A DNA stretch of 64,000 nt from an uncultured Actinomycetota bacterium. Lineage in GTDB: Bacteria > Actinomycetota > Actinomycetes > Actinomycetales > Microbacteriaceae. The stretch lies in contig CAVVTB010000008.1 of NCBI GenBank assembly GCA_963751055.1, forward strand, positions 107,563 through 171,562. The letters run 5' to 3'. The notes under the pieces were generated by a model. That model was given only the letters and a program-made list of their open reading frames with translations. It made no database searches and was not told where the DNA came from. Position 1 is the stretch's first letter. Each line of letters begins with the position of its first letter. A program made the translations under genes and the position numbers. Below are positions 42,258 through 52,749 of the stretch, piece by piece.

Positions 42258-43487
42258 TCAGGCCCCCGTCCGGGTCGCCGCGGTCGCCGAACGCGGACCC
42301 TGCCTTGACGGGCGTGTCGCGGTAGGGCGAGTCGCCGGCGAGGTTGTCGCCGCGGTTGGCGTTCGGGCACTGACTGGCGCGGGGCCCGGTCGCCATACGC
42401 CGCCTTGACGAGGCTCGCGTGGGTCGGAGCATCCGGAACCTCGGCGGGACGGTTCTGCGCGAGCTCCTTGCGGAGCACCGGCACGACCTCGCCGCCCAGG
42501 ATGTCGAGCTGCTCGAGCACGGTCTTGAGCGGCAGACCCGCGTGGTCGATGAGGAACAGCTGGCGCTGGTAGTCGCCGTAGTGCTCGCGCATGCCGGCGT
42601 AGCGGTCGATGACCTGCTGCGGCGAGCCGACGGTGAGCGGCGTCATCTCGCTGAAGTCCTCGAGCGAGGGGCCGTGACCGTAGACCGGAGCGTTGTCGAA
42701 GTACGGGCGGAACTGGTTCACCGCGTCCTGCGACTTCGCGCTCATGAACACCTGGCCGCCGAGCCCGACGATCGCCTGCTCGGGCGTGCCGTGCCCGTAG
42801 TGGGCGTAGCGCTGGCGGTACAGCGTGATCAGCCGCTGGTAGTGCTCCTTCGGCCAGAAGATGTTGTTCGCGAAGAAGCCGTCGCCGTAGTACGCGGCCT
42901 GCTCGGCGATCTCGGGGGTCCGGATCGAGCCGTGCCACACGAACGGGGCGACTCCGTCGAGCGGGACGGGGCGTCGAGGTGAAGCCCTGCAGCGGGGTGC
43001 GGAACTGGCCCTCCCAGTCGACGACGTCCTCGCGCCACAGCCGGTGGAGCAGGTTGTAGCTCTCGATCGCGAGCGGGAGGCCCTGACGGATGTCCTTGCC
43101 GAACCACGGGTAGACCGGGCCGGTGTTGCCGCGGCCGAGCATGAGGTCGATGCGGCCGCCCGAGACGTGCTGCAGCATCGCGAAGTCCTCGGCGATCTTC
43201 ACCGGGTCGTTCGTCGTGATGAGCGTCGTCGCGGTCGAGAGGATGAGCCGCTCGGTCTGCGCGGCGATGTACGCGAGCGTCGTGGTGGGCGAGGAGGACC
43301 AGAACGGCGGGTTGTGGTGCTCGCCGAGCGCGAAGACGTCGAGACCGACCTCTTCGGCGTGCTTGGCGATGGTCAGGGTGGCGCGGATCCGCTCCGCCTC
43401 ACTCGGTGTGGTGCCGGTGGTCGGGTCCTCGGTGATGTCGCTCACCGTGAAGATGCCGAACTGCATCTGGGGTGTGATGTCGTTCAC
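42258..43487 (-). CDS. LLM-class flavin-dependent monooxygenase, CE1758-like (frameshifted)
   Basis: MQFGIFTVSD, GEHHNPPF, GRGNTGPVYPWFG; after a shift near 42962, WHGSIRTPEIAEQAAYYGDGFF. Confidence 0.88.
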   Translation of the reverse strand: MNDITPQMQFGIFTVSDITEDPTTGTTPSEAERIRATLTIAKHAEEVGLDVFALGEHHNPPFWSSSPTTTLAYIAAQTERLILSTATTLITTNDPVKIAEDFAMLQHVSGGRIDLMLGRGNTGPVYPWFGKDIRQGLPLAIESYNLLHRLWREDVVDWEGQFRTPLQGFTSTPRPARRSRPVRVARLDPDPRDRRAGRVLRRRLLREQHLLAEGALPAADHAVPPALRPLRARHARAGDRRARRPGVHEREVAGRGEPVPPVLRQRSGLRSRPLARGLQRDDAAHRRLAAAGHRPLRRHARALRRLPAPAVPHRPRGSAAQDRARAARHPGRRGRAGAPQGARAEPSRRGSGCSDPREPRQGGVWRPGPAPVSARTPTAATTSPATRPTATRPSRQGPRSATAATRTGA

Positions 43488-43530
43488 GATCGCTCCTCGC
43501 GTTTTCTATGCATGTGAATGTATCTCATGC

Positions 43531-43555
43531 AACGCGGCTTGCGTCAGGATATTCC
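43531..43555 (-). promoter_or_regulatory. SigH/SigR-type promoter of the LLM-FMN reductase operon
   Basis: Minus strand GGAAT-N17-GTTG. Confidence 0.6.
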
Positions 43556-44697
43556 GACCTGATGCGGAAATGCCGAATCGCGCGACTGGAACTCGAGTAT
43601 CGCGGGATTGAGGATCACGCCGTCCTCGATCTCGGTCGCCCGCCGGATCGTCTCGTTCTGCGCCCAGGCGCGCGGTCCGCCCATCACGATCGGGACGAAG
43701 CGAAGCAGCGCTTCGCTGATCTCCCAGCTCGCGGAGTTCCACAGGTACGAAGGACTGTGGTCCACTCCGTAGTAGTTGATCGGTGCCCCCCACGGTGAAC
43801 ATCGGGTCCGCGAACGACGTCGGCCGCGCCCATTCGAAGCCCATGCCCTCGTCGCACGAGACGTCCACGATGAGACTGCCCGGCCGGAAGGCGTCGAGAT
43901 CGCTCTCCCGGAGGTAGAGCAGCGGGTGGTTCGGATCCTGCAGCGTGCAGTTCACCACGATGTCGCTCTCGGCGAGGAACGGCGCGAGCGGCACACGGCC
44001 GTCGTCGGTGATGACCTCGCTGAGATAGGGCACGTCGTCGTGGTCGAACTGGATGATGTGCGCCGCGTGGATGGGCGCGGCCACCGATGCCGCCCGCCGG
44101 TTGGTCAGCACGCGCACCTCGTGGACGCCGTGCGCCCGAAGCGCCGTGACGGCGCCGCGCGCGGTCGCGCCGAATCCGATCACCACCGCCGTCAGCCGTC
44201 GGCCGTAGTCTCCCGTCGAGCCGCAGAGCTCGAGCGCGTGGAGCACCGAGCAGTATCCCGCGAGCTCGTTGTTCTTGTGGAACACGTGCAGCCCGAACGC
44301 GCCGTCCTCGCCCCAGTGGTTCATCGCCTCGAACGCGATGACGGTCAGCCGCTTGTCGATCGAGAGCTGCGTCATCTGCGCGTCCTGCACCAGGTGCGGC
44401 CAGCCCCACAGCACCTGGCCGTCGCGGAAGTCCCGCAGGTCCTCGACCTGGGGCTTGGGAAGCAGCACGACATCGGATGCTGCGATGACCTCGTCGCGAG
44501 ACGCGAGGCGCCCGACGAATGGACGGAGCTCGTCGTCCGCGATGCCGAAGCGCTCGCCGTAGCCCATGCTCGACGATCAGTCGAGAGCGGAGCTCGTCGG
44601 GCAGGCGATCGAAGTGGCCGGGGTGGATCGGAACCCGCCGCTCATCCGGCTTGCGCGAGGTGCCGATCACGCCGAGCGTCAGTCCAGCATCGGTCAT
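43544..44697 (-). CDS. N(5)-(carboxyethyl)ornithine synthase-like protein (AlaDH/PNT fold; two frameshifts)
   Basis: SRKPDERRVPIHP, LWGWPH, FHKNNELAGYCSV, IGFGATARGA, VDVSCD, VDHSPSYLW across three frames. Confidence 0.8.
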
Positions 44698-44748
44698 CGT
44701 CGGCCTCGTTCCATGCGCAGGGCAGGAGCCTCCCCCGGAGCCCTGACG

Positions 44749-45641
44749 CTACACCTCAGGCGCTGCGGCGAACAGCGCCAGCATGTCGCGCACGAGCTGG
44801 TGCGGAGCGGTCTCGCACGGCGCGTGGCCGGTCGGATACACCGCGATGCTCGCGCCGATGCGCTCGGCGTACGACCTGTGCTGCTCCTCCGGCCAGAGAT
44901 CCTGCCTCGCCGACCGCGATGAACTTCGGGATGTCGATCGCTGCGACCTCGTCGGCGATGTCGGGCATGGCCATCATGAGTCCCGACGACATCGTCGATC
45001 ACGGGGCGGCCGGTCACCGCCATCCGCTCCCGGACGAAGGCGATCCGCAGCGGCGGCGTGCGGTTGAGGTTGTAGCGGATGCCCCACAGGATGAGCCCCG
45101 CGGCGCGGTGCGGCGGCATGTCGGAGATCGGCCCGATGTGCTTGACGCCGCGGAACACCTGCCCCGTCGCCGGCGGCGCGGCCATGAGCGTCAGGCTCGC
45201 GAAGAGGTCGGGCCGCTCGACGAGCGCGAGTTCGGCGACGAGACCCGCGAAGCTGTAGCCGAGGACGTGCGCGGGAGTCCGTCCGTCCTCGAGGATCGCG
45301 ATGAGGTCGTCGACGAACAGCCGGTAGTCATACTCCTCGCGGGGCGGGTCGAGGTTCTGCGGGCCGGCATTCACCGAGCCGTAGTGGCCGGCGATGTCGT
45401 AGGACTCGACGCGATAGCCCGCGGCCGCGAACAGCGGAAACAGCAGGATGAAGTCCTCTTTCGAACCCGCGACGCCCGAGATCAGCACGACGCGCGGGGC
45501 TTCGGGCTCGCCCAGCCGCACGCGGGCGAGCCCGCCGCTCGGCGCAGTGAAGACGTCGTGCACGGTTCCCGCAGGGAATACGTGCCAGTCGATGTCGGGG
45601 ATCGCCCGGTCGAGTTCGAGGGCGTCGTCGATCGAAGTCAT
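44749..45641 (-). CDS. Alpha/beta hydrolase (two frameshifts)
   Basis: GSKEDF, HVLGYSFAG nucleophile elbow, C-terminal TGHAP in a shifted frame. Confidence 0.8.
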
Positions 45642-45783
45642 GGCTCGGACGACACTACCGAATCGGAAGTCCTGCGAGTTCGTCCGCCAGCGGAAGTCGC
45701 ACACGTAGGTCGGTTCCGGGCCACCGATGCGACTGTGCCTCTCGTCCACGTCGAGACACCCGGGATAGGGTGGCCTCGCTGTC

Positions 45784-46989
45784 ATGACCGATCCCGCGAA
45801 GGCCGCCACGGCGGCATCCCCCACTCTCGGTGCCCCGACGACCGGGAGCCCCGGTGGCACTCGCGCGCGGCGACGCGTGCCGTTCTGGGACAACGCGCGC
45901 TTCGCGTGCATCGTGCTCGTCGTGCTCGGGCACGCGACGCAGCGCCTCACCTACGACTCCGACGTCGCCCTCGGCCTGTACCTGCTCGTGTACGCGTTCC
46001 ATATGCCGGCCTTTGCGATCATCTCCGGCTACTTCTCCAAGTCGGATGCCCCCAGCCGACTGCAGATGGCGCGCGTCATCACCGACATCCTGCTGCCCTA
46101 TGTGATCTTCGAGGCGCTGTGGACCCTCACCAAGTGGATCGTCGAAGGGCAGGCGAATCCGAATCTGACACAGCCGTCGTGGACGCTGTGGTTCCTCCTC
46201 GCGCTCGGCATCTTCCGCCTCGTTCTGCCCTACCTCGCGCTCCTCCGCTGGCCGCTGCTGTGGACCGTGGTGATCTCGATCGGAGCCGGCTACCTGCCGA
46301 ACATCGACCAGACGTTCTCGCTCGCGCGCACGCTCGGACTGCTCCCGTTCTTCACCCTCGGCTGGTGGCTCCGCGAGCACGACGTAGTCGAGCGGTTCGG
46401 GCTTCTCAGCCGGCGTGCCTGGTGGGTGCCGGTCGCAGCGGTGGCGGCGTTCGCCGCCGCCGGATGGGCTGCGTGGTACTTCGTCGACAGCTGGCGGGCG
46501 ATGAACCTGCGCGAGTGGCTGTTCTACGACGAGAACTACTCGTCACTCGGCGGAACCGACTGGTGGGCGGGCGGTGTGCGCCTCGCGCTCATGGTCATCG
46601 CGATCGTCCTCAGCGCGGCGTTCTTCGCGCTCCTGCCCCGACGGACGCATTGGTGGACGCACTTCGGCCAGTACACGATGTACGTCTACCTGCTGCACTC
46701 GTTCGTGCTGTACCCGTTCCGGGAGTCCGGCGCTCTTCGCGATCTGGAACCCACCTGGCTGTGGCTCCCGATCGTCATCGTCGCCTCGGTGCTCATCGCA
46801 CTCGGCCTTGCGACGCGGCCCGTCAGACGCGTGTTCCGGCCGCTCGTCGAACCGCGACCCACGTGGCTCTTCGCCGATCCGACGCTCGCGCGCCGAGAGG
46901 GCCGCCGGAGCGACCCGACCGGCTCGCGGCGCCCGCCCGAGCAGCCGCGTGCTGCGCGGGGGCACGCCGACCCGCGCCAGAACGGCTGA
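45784..46989 (+). CDS. Acyltransferase-3 family membrane O-acetyltransferase
   Basis: DNARF..IVLVVLGH, YAFHMPAF..ISGYFS, WFL, G..TMYVYLLH. Confidence 0.9.
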   Translation: MTDPAKAATAASPTLGAPTTGSPGGTRARRRVPFWDNARFACIVLVVLGHATQRLTYDSDVALGLYLLVYAFHMPAFAIISGYFSKSDAPSRLQMARVITDILLPYVIFEALWTLTKWIVEGQANPNLTQPSWTLWFLLALGIFRLVLPYLALLRWPLLWTVVISIGAGYLPNIDQTFSLARTLGLLPFFTLGWWLREHDVVERFGLLSRRAWWVPVAAVAAFAAAGWAAWYFVDSWRAMNLREWLFYDENYSSLGGTDWWAGGVRLALMVIAIVLSAAFFALLPRRTHWWTHFGQYTMYVYLLHSFVLYPFRESGALRDLEPTWLWLPIVIVASVLIALGLATRPVRRVFRPLVEPRPTWLFADPTLARREGRRSDPTGSRRPPEQPRAARGHADPRQNG

Positions 46990-47049
46990 CTCGCGCGTCC
47001 AGAGCTCGGCGAGGCGTCGCACGTCGGCGATGCCGTGTACGGTCACGGG

Positions 47050-49173
47050 GTGACCGACGATACGAGCGAAGAGCTGCGCGAGGAGGCGCTCGGGGCACTC
47101 CGACGCCTGGTCGACTCCCCCGACGCCGCGTTCCATGACGGCCAGCTCGAGGCGATCGAGACGCTCGTGCAGAGCCGGGCGCGGGCGCTCGTCGTGCAGC
47201 GCACCGGATGGGGCAAGTCCGCGGTCTACTTCGTCGCGACCCTGCTGCTGCGCCGCCGCGGAACGGGTCCCACCATCCTGGTCTCGCCGCTCCTGGCGCT
47301 CATGCGCGACCAGGTGGCGGCGGCGGAGCGTGCCGGGGTGCGCGCGGCGAGCATCAACTCCGCCAATCCGCTCGAGTGGGCAGGCACACTCGACCGCCTC
47401 CGCGCCGACGAGCTCGACGTGCTCCTGGTCAGCCCTGAACGACTGAACAATCCGAGATTCCGCGATGAGCAGCTGCCCGCGCTGATGGCCCGCGTCGGCT
47501 TGCTGGTCGTCGACGAGGCGCACTGCATCTCGGACTGGGGCCACGACTTCCGGCCCGACTACCGTCGCCTGCGCGACCTGATCGCAAGCATGCCCGCGGG
47601 CGTGCCGGTGCTCGCCACCACGGCGACCGCGAACGAGCGCGTCGTGCACGACGTCGAGGAGCAGCTCGGCGCCGGCGGCGTAGGGGTGCTCACGATCCGC
47701 GGACCACTGGCCCGTGAGTCGTTGCGCCTCGGCGTGCTTCGCCTGCCGGATGCCGCGACCCGCCTGGCATGGCTGCTCAGCCACATCGGGGATCTGCCGG
47801 GCAGCGGCATCATCTATGCGCTCACGGTGTCGGCCGCCGAAGACACTGCGCGCCTGCTCCGCGAGGCCGGCCATGAGGTGCGCGCCTACACCGGCCAGAC
47901 CGATCCGGCGGAGCGCGAGGAGTCGGAGCGCCTGCTGAAGGAGAACCGGGTCAAGGCGCTGGTCGCGACGAGCGCGCTCGGCATGGGATTCGACAAGCCG
48001 GACCTCGGATTCGTCGTCCACATGGGCGCGCCGTCGACCCCGGTCGCCTACTACCAGCAGGTCGGCCGCGCCGGGCGAGCGACCGAACGAGCCGAGGTGC
48101 TCCTTCTCCCCGGGCCCGAGGACGAAGCGATCTGGCAGTACTTCGCCACATCCTCTATGCCCGACAGGGCCAAGGCGAACGCCGTGCTCGACGAGCTCGC
48201 GCACGAGGGCGGCCCGCTGTCGACCGTGGCGCTCGAGGCCCGCGTCGACATCCGCCGCAGCCGGCTCGAACTGCTCCTCAAAGTGCTGGATGTCGACGGC
48301 GCGGTCGAGCGCGTGCAGGGCGGCTGGCTCTCGACCGGCGTGCCGTGGACGTACGACGCCGAGCGATACGAGCGGATCGCGGATGCGCGCACCCGCGAAC
48401 AGCGTTCCATGATCGAGTACGAGACGACCTCGGGGTGCCGGATGGAGTTCCTCCAGCGGGCGCTCGACGATCCGTCCGCGAGGGCCTGCGGTCGCTGCGA
48501 CAACTGCACGACGCCCTGGTATCCGACCGCCGTCGACCCCGAGACGACCGTGACGGCCGGTGCCGCGATGAACCGGGTCGGCGTGCTCGTCGAACCGCGC
48601 GCTCAGTGGCCGAGCGGCATGAGCAGGCTCGGGCTCGACGTGCGCGGCAACATCCCACAGGGTGAGCGCGTCGAGCCGGGCAGGGCGCTCGCCCGCCTGA
48701 CGGATCTCGGCTGGGGCGGACCGCTGCGCGCGTTGTTGGCGCCGACAACGCCCGACACCGAGATCTCGCCCGCCATGGTCGGGGCGTGCGTGCAGGTGCT
48801 CACGGACTGGGGATGGGACACGCGGCCTGCCGGGGTGGTCGCCATGCCCTCACGCGCGCACCCCGTGCTGGTGGCGTCGCTCGCGCGCAGGATCTCGGAG
48901 GTCGGTCGCCTGCCACTCCTCGGTTCGCTGGAGCTCACCGGCACCGGACCTGGCGGCGCCGGGGGCAACAGCGCCTATCGGCTGGCCGGGGTCGCCGACA
49001 GCTTCGTCGTGAGTCCGGCGCTCGCCGATGCGATCGCTGCTCTCGAAGGCGCGCCGGTCCTGCTGGTCGATGACCTCGTCGACAGCCGCTGGTCCCTCAC
49101 GGTCGCGGGCCGCCTGCTGCGAAAGGCCGGCGCCGGCCCCGTGCTCCCCTTCGTGCTGGCAGCGCGAGCGTAG
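47050..49173 (+). CDS. RecQ-like helicase with C-terminal PRTase-like domain (RqlH clade)
   Basis: QRTGWGKS, VDEAHCISDWGHDFRPDY, QQVGRAGR, CGRCDNC, VLLVDDLVDSRW. Confidence 0.92.
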   Translation: MTDDTSEELREEALGALRRLVDSPDAAFHDGQLEAIETLVQSRARALVVQRTGWGKSAVYFVATLLLRRRGTGPTILVSPLLALMRDQVAAAERAGVRAASINSANPLEWAGTLDRLRADELDVLLVSPERLNNPRFRDEQLPALMARVGLLVVDEAHCISDWGHDFRPDYRRLRDLIASMPAGVPVLATTATANERVVHDVEEQLGAGGVGVLTIRGPLARESLRLGVLRLPDAATRLAWLLSHIGDLPGSGIIYALTVSAAEDTARLLREAGHEVRAYTGQTDPAEREESERLLKENRVKALVATSALGMGFDKPDLGFVVHMGAPSTPVAYYQQVGRAGRATERAEVLLLPGPEDEAIWQYFATSSMPDRAKANAVLDELAHEGGPLSTVALEARVDIRRSRLELLLKVLDVDGAVERVQGGWLSTGVPWTYDAERYERIADARTREQRSMIEYETTSGCRMEFLQRALDDPSARACGRCDNCTTPWYPTAVDPETTVTAGAAMNRVGVLVEPRAQWPSGMSRLGLDVRGNIPQGERVEPGRALARLTDLGWGGPLRALLAPTTPDTEISPAMVGACVQVLTDWGWDTRPAGVVAMPSRAHPVLVASLARRISEVGRLPLLGSLELTGTGPGGAGGNSAYRLAGVADSFVVSPALADAIAALEGAPVLLVDDLVDSRWSLTVAGRLLRKAGAGPVLPFVLAARA

Positions 49174-49191
49174 CCGCGCCGAACGCGCCGT

Positions 49192-50214
49192 TCACGAACG
49201 GTTTTCGCCGTCTCGGGCATCCGCGGTGCGATGAACTCCGTTCGTAAGCGGAGGCGTAGGCACATCCGTGGCGGCCCGGGCGTACACGTCGGCGAGTCTC
49301 GCCAGGTGGGGCCGCAGCTCGGCCGGCGACTCCACGGTGAACGGCATCCCCAGCATCCCGATGTAAGCAGCGATCGTGTCGAGGCTGTCGGCACCGGTGA
49401 CGAGCACCGACGTGGACTCGTCGATGGACTCGACGACGCCCACGGTCGGGTTGATTCGGGCGAGCACCGCGTCGGCGGGTGCGTCGACCCGCAGCCGCGC
49501 GTGCACCTTCCAGCCGCTCGACGCCACCGACCGGAGGACGTACGACGTGAAGTCGCCTCCCGGGAGCGCCACCGGTTCGAACGGCCGGCGGGTCGGCATC
49601 CGGGGAAGGACCCAGTCCATGCGGAACGTGCCCCACTCCCCTGACTGCGGGTCGCGGCCGACGAGGTACCATCGCCGCTGCCAGCTCAGCAGCCGGTACG
49701 GCTCGACCAGCCGCGGCCCGTCCTGGTAGTCGAAGCGGAGCCACTCCCCATCGCGGATGGCCTGAGCCGCGGCCGCGAGCACGGCAGGCTCGACCTCGGG
49801 GTCGGGGGCGTCGGTGCCGATGTTCTCGGGGCCTCGGTCGACCGTCGCGGCCAACGCATCCACGGTCGGCCGCAGACGCGACGGCAGCACCTGGAGCAGC
49901 TTCGCGAGGGCGCGAGCACCGGCGTCGGTGATCCCTGCGACGCCGGTGGCGACGCGCAGCCCGATCGCCACCGCGACCGCCTCGTCGTCGTCGAGGAGCA
50001 GCGGCGGCAGCCTGCCGCCCGATCCGAGCCGGTACGACCCGGCGCGGCCGCGGGTGGCGTCGACCGGATACCCGAGCGCGCGGAGGCGCTCGATGTCGTT
50101 GCGGATCGTCCGTGGCGAGACTTCGAGTCGCGCGGCGAGTTCCGCACCGGTCCAGTCGGGGCGGCTCTGCATGAGCCCGAGAAGGGCGAGCAGACGGGCG
50201 GATGTCTCGAGCAT
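49192..50214 (-). CDS. HTH-WYL transcriptional regulator (YafY-like)
   Basis: ELAARLEVSPRTIRNDIERLR.LGYP, LPPLLL, VEPY, WYL, FRMD. Confidence 0.92.
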   Translation of the reverse strand: MLETSARLLALLGLMQSRPDWTGAELAARLEVSPRTIRNDIERLRALGYPVDATRGRAGSYRLGSGGRLPPLLLDDDEAVAVAIGLRVATGVAGITDAGARALAKLLQVLPSRLRPTVDALAATVDRGPENIGTDAPDPEVEPAVLAAAAQAIRDGEWLRFDYQDGPRLVEPYRLLSWQRRWYLVGRDPQSGEWGTFRMDWVLPRMPTRRPFEPVALPGGDFTSYVLRSVASSGWKVHARLRVDAPADAVLARINPTVGVVESIDESTSVLVTGADSLDTIAAYIGMLGMPFTVESPAELRPHLARLADVYARAATDVPTPPLTNGVHRTADARDGENRS

Positions 50215-50237
50215 CGTTTCACGATTCTCCCGGATAA

Positions 50238-50256
50238 CAGGAAGGAAGTATTCCTA
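50238..50256. promoter_or_regulatory. Putative operator of the WYL regulator
   Basis: CAGGAA-N7-TTCCTA in the 63-bp divergent intergenic region. Confidence 0.5.
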
Positions 50257-50277
50257 TATAGACCATAGCGTGGAGGC

Positions 50278-51429
50278 ATGAACACGACAGAGACCACGAG
50301 TACCAGCATCCGCCCCTTCCGCGTCGACGTTCCGCAGGCCGACCTCGACGATCTGCACACCCGCCTGGTGCGCACCCGGCTGCCACAGCCGTCTCCGGCC
50401 GACGACTGGGAATCGGGGACTCCCGTCTCCTACCTCCGCGACGCCGTCGACCACTGGCGCGACGCCTACGACTGGCGGGAGACCGAGGCGCGCATCAACG
50501 CGTTCCCGCAGTTCACCACCGAGATCGACGGCCAGACGATCCACTTCGTGCACGTGCGCTCGCCGCACGCCGGCGCGACTCCGCTGATCCTCGCCCACAC
50601 CTACCCCGGATCCTTCGTCGACTACCTCGACATGATCGAGCCGCTGGTCAACCCCGTCGCATTCGGCGGGCGGGCCGAGGATGCTTTCGACGTCGTCGTG
50701 CCCGACGCTCCCGGATTCGGCTTCAGCCAGCCGGTGCGCGAGCCCGGATGGACCACGGCGCGCGTCGCATCCGCCTACGACACGCTGATGCGCCGGCTCG
50801 GATACGACTCCTACGGCATCCACGGCAGCGACAACGGTGCGCTGGTCGCTCGTGAACTCGGACTGCTCGACCCGGAAGGCTTCCTCGGCCTCCATGTGCT
50901 CCAGCTCTTCTCCTTCCCCTCCGGCGACCCGGAGGAGTTCTCGAAGCTGGAGCCGCAGGACTACGCAGGGCTCGAGCACATGCAGTGGTTCCAATCAGTC
51001 GGCGGCTACAACACGATGAACGCGTCTCGCCCGCAGACGATCGCAGCGGGGCTGTCGGACTCGCCCGTCGGATTGCTCGCCTACTCGGAGCTGTTCAACT
51101 CGTTCGGGAACGGCACCAGCCTCGTGTCCCTCGACTCGATCCTCACCGAGGTGAGCGTCACCTGGTTCGCCAACGCGTCGGCAGGGATGTCGAGGGCGTA
51201 TCGCGATAACGCCCTCGCCGAGACGGAGCCGCGGGTGAGCGCGGCGCGGACCGGAGTCGCTGTCTTCGCGGACGACTTCCAGACCATCAGAGTCTTCGCC
51301 GAGCGCGACAACAGCAACGTGGTCCACTGGAGCCGGTTCGAGCGCGGCGGCCATTACGCGGCGCTGGAGGTTCCGGAGCTCGTCGTCGGCGACATCCGTG
51401 CATTCTTCGCCGGCGGCGGCACCGACTAG
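50278..51429 (+). CDS. Epoxide hydrolase (EHN domain)
   Basis: IRPFRVDVPQADLDDL..RL..TR, PGFGFS, GSDNG, GGHYAALE. Confidence 0.9.
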   Translation: MNTTETTSTSIRPFRVDVPQADLDDLHTRLVRTRLPQPSPADDWESGTPVSYLRDAVDHWRDAYDWRETEARINAFPQFTTEIDGQTIHFVHVRSPHAGATPLILAHTYPGSFVDYLDMIEPLVNPVAFGGRAEDAFDVVVPDAPGFGFSQPVREPGWTTARVASAYDTLMRRLGYDSYGIHGSDNGALVARELGLLDPEGFLGLHVLQLFSFPSGDPEEFSKLEPQDYAGLEHMQWFQSVGGYNTMNASRPQTIAAGLSDSPVGLLAYSELFNSFGNGTSLVSLDSILTEVSVTWFANASAGMSRAYRDNALAETEPRVSAARTGVAVFADDFQTIRVFAERDNSNVVHWSRFERGGHYAALEVPELVVGDIRAFFAGGGTD

Positions 51430-51550
51430 GCGAGAAGTCCCGCCCCGACGCACGAGCTCGGCTCGGCGCCGGGCGGGACCGCCCGCGGCCGGGAGGTAAC
51501 GGGCGGCAACAATCGTGCGGGATGCCGCAGCATCCGCTTATCGTCGCTGC

Positions 51551-52571
51551 ATGGCCGACCTCAACCTGCCGATCCTCGATCTCGCTCAGCTCGATGCCAG
51601 CCCCGAAGCGGCCGCGCGTTTCCGTGACGACCTGCGCTCCGCTACGCACGACGTGGGGTTCTTCTACCTGACCGGGACCGGCGTGTCGCCCGAACTCGAA
51701 GCCCGGCTCCACACAGCGGCACGCGACTTCTTCGCGCTTCCCGAGGCGGACAAGCTCGCGATCGAGAACGTGAAGAGCCCCCACTTCCGCGGCTACACCC
51801 GCATCGGCGGCGAGCGCACGCAGGGCAAGGTCGACTGGCGCGAGCAGATCGACATCGGGCCCGAGCGCGAGGCGGTATCCGACCCGGCGGCTCCCGACTT
51901 CGCGCGGCTGATCGGCCCGAACCTGTGGCCCGACGCGCAGCCCGAGCTTCGGGAGGTCGTCTCGGAGTGGCACGACCACCTGTCCGGGGTCGCGCGCAAG
52001 CTGCTCCGTGCCTGGGCGCTCGCGCTCGGTGCCCCCGAGAACTACTTCGACGAGCACTTCGGCGAGCCCTCGACGCTCATCAAGATCGTCCGCTACCCCG
52101 GCAAGGAGGACCCGACTCCGCAGCAGGGGGTCGGCGCCCACAAGGACTCCGGCGTGCTGACGCTGCTCTGGGTCGAGCCCGGCAAGGGCGGCCTGCAGGT
52201 CGAGCGCGACGGCGAGTGGGTCGACGCTCCCCCGGTGCCCGGAGCGTTCGTCGTCAACATCGGCGAGCTTCTGGAGTATGCGACGGGCGGATACCTCATC
52301 GCGACGAAGCACCGGGTGATCTCGCCGCGCTATCCCCGACGACCGCATCTCGGTCCCGTTCTTCTTCAACCCGGCGCTCGACAAGAGGCTTCCGCTGATC
52401 GAGCTCCCGACCGCGCTCGCCGCCGAGGCCCGCGGTGTCACGCAGGATCCGGCCAACCCGATCCACGCGCTGTACGGCGAGAACGCGCTCAAGTCCCGCC
52501 TGCGCGCGCACCCCGACGTCGCTGAGATCCACCACGCCGATCTCGTCGCGGCGCGCGCTGCATCCGCCTGA
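51551..52571 (+). CDS. IPNS-like 2OG-Fe(II) oxygenase (frameshift near 52338)
   Basis: VGFFYL, GVGAHKDSG (HxD), VVNIGE, HRV, then RISVPFF in the shifted frame. Confidence 0.88.
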
Positions 52572-52676
52572 CGAACCCGCACGAAAGCAGGCGTTCCGGC
52601 GGACACAGGTGATCGCCGGCGGAATCCACCTGCATTCGCAATTGCTCCTGTTCTGGCGCGGGAGCGCGCTGGCGAC

Positions 52677-52712
52677 AAAGCGAAGGCCGCCCCACACCTG
52701 GGACGGCCTTCG
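52677..52712 (-). terminator. rpsO terminator
   Basis: CGAAGGCCG...CGGCCTTCG stem followed by TTT on the minus strand. Confidence 0.65.
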
Positions 52713-52749
52713 TAAGAAGTTCTCTGCGCGATTGAACGCTGGCTGCGAC

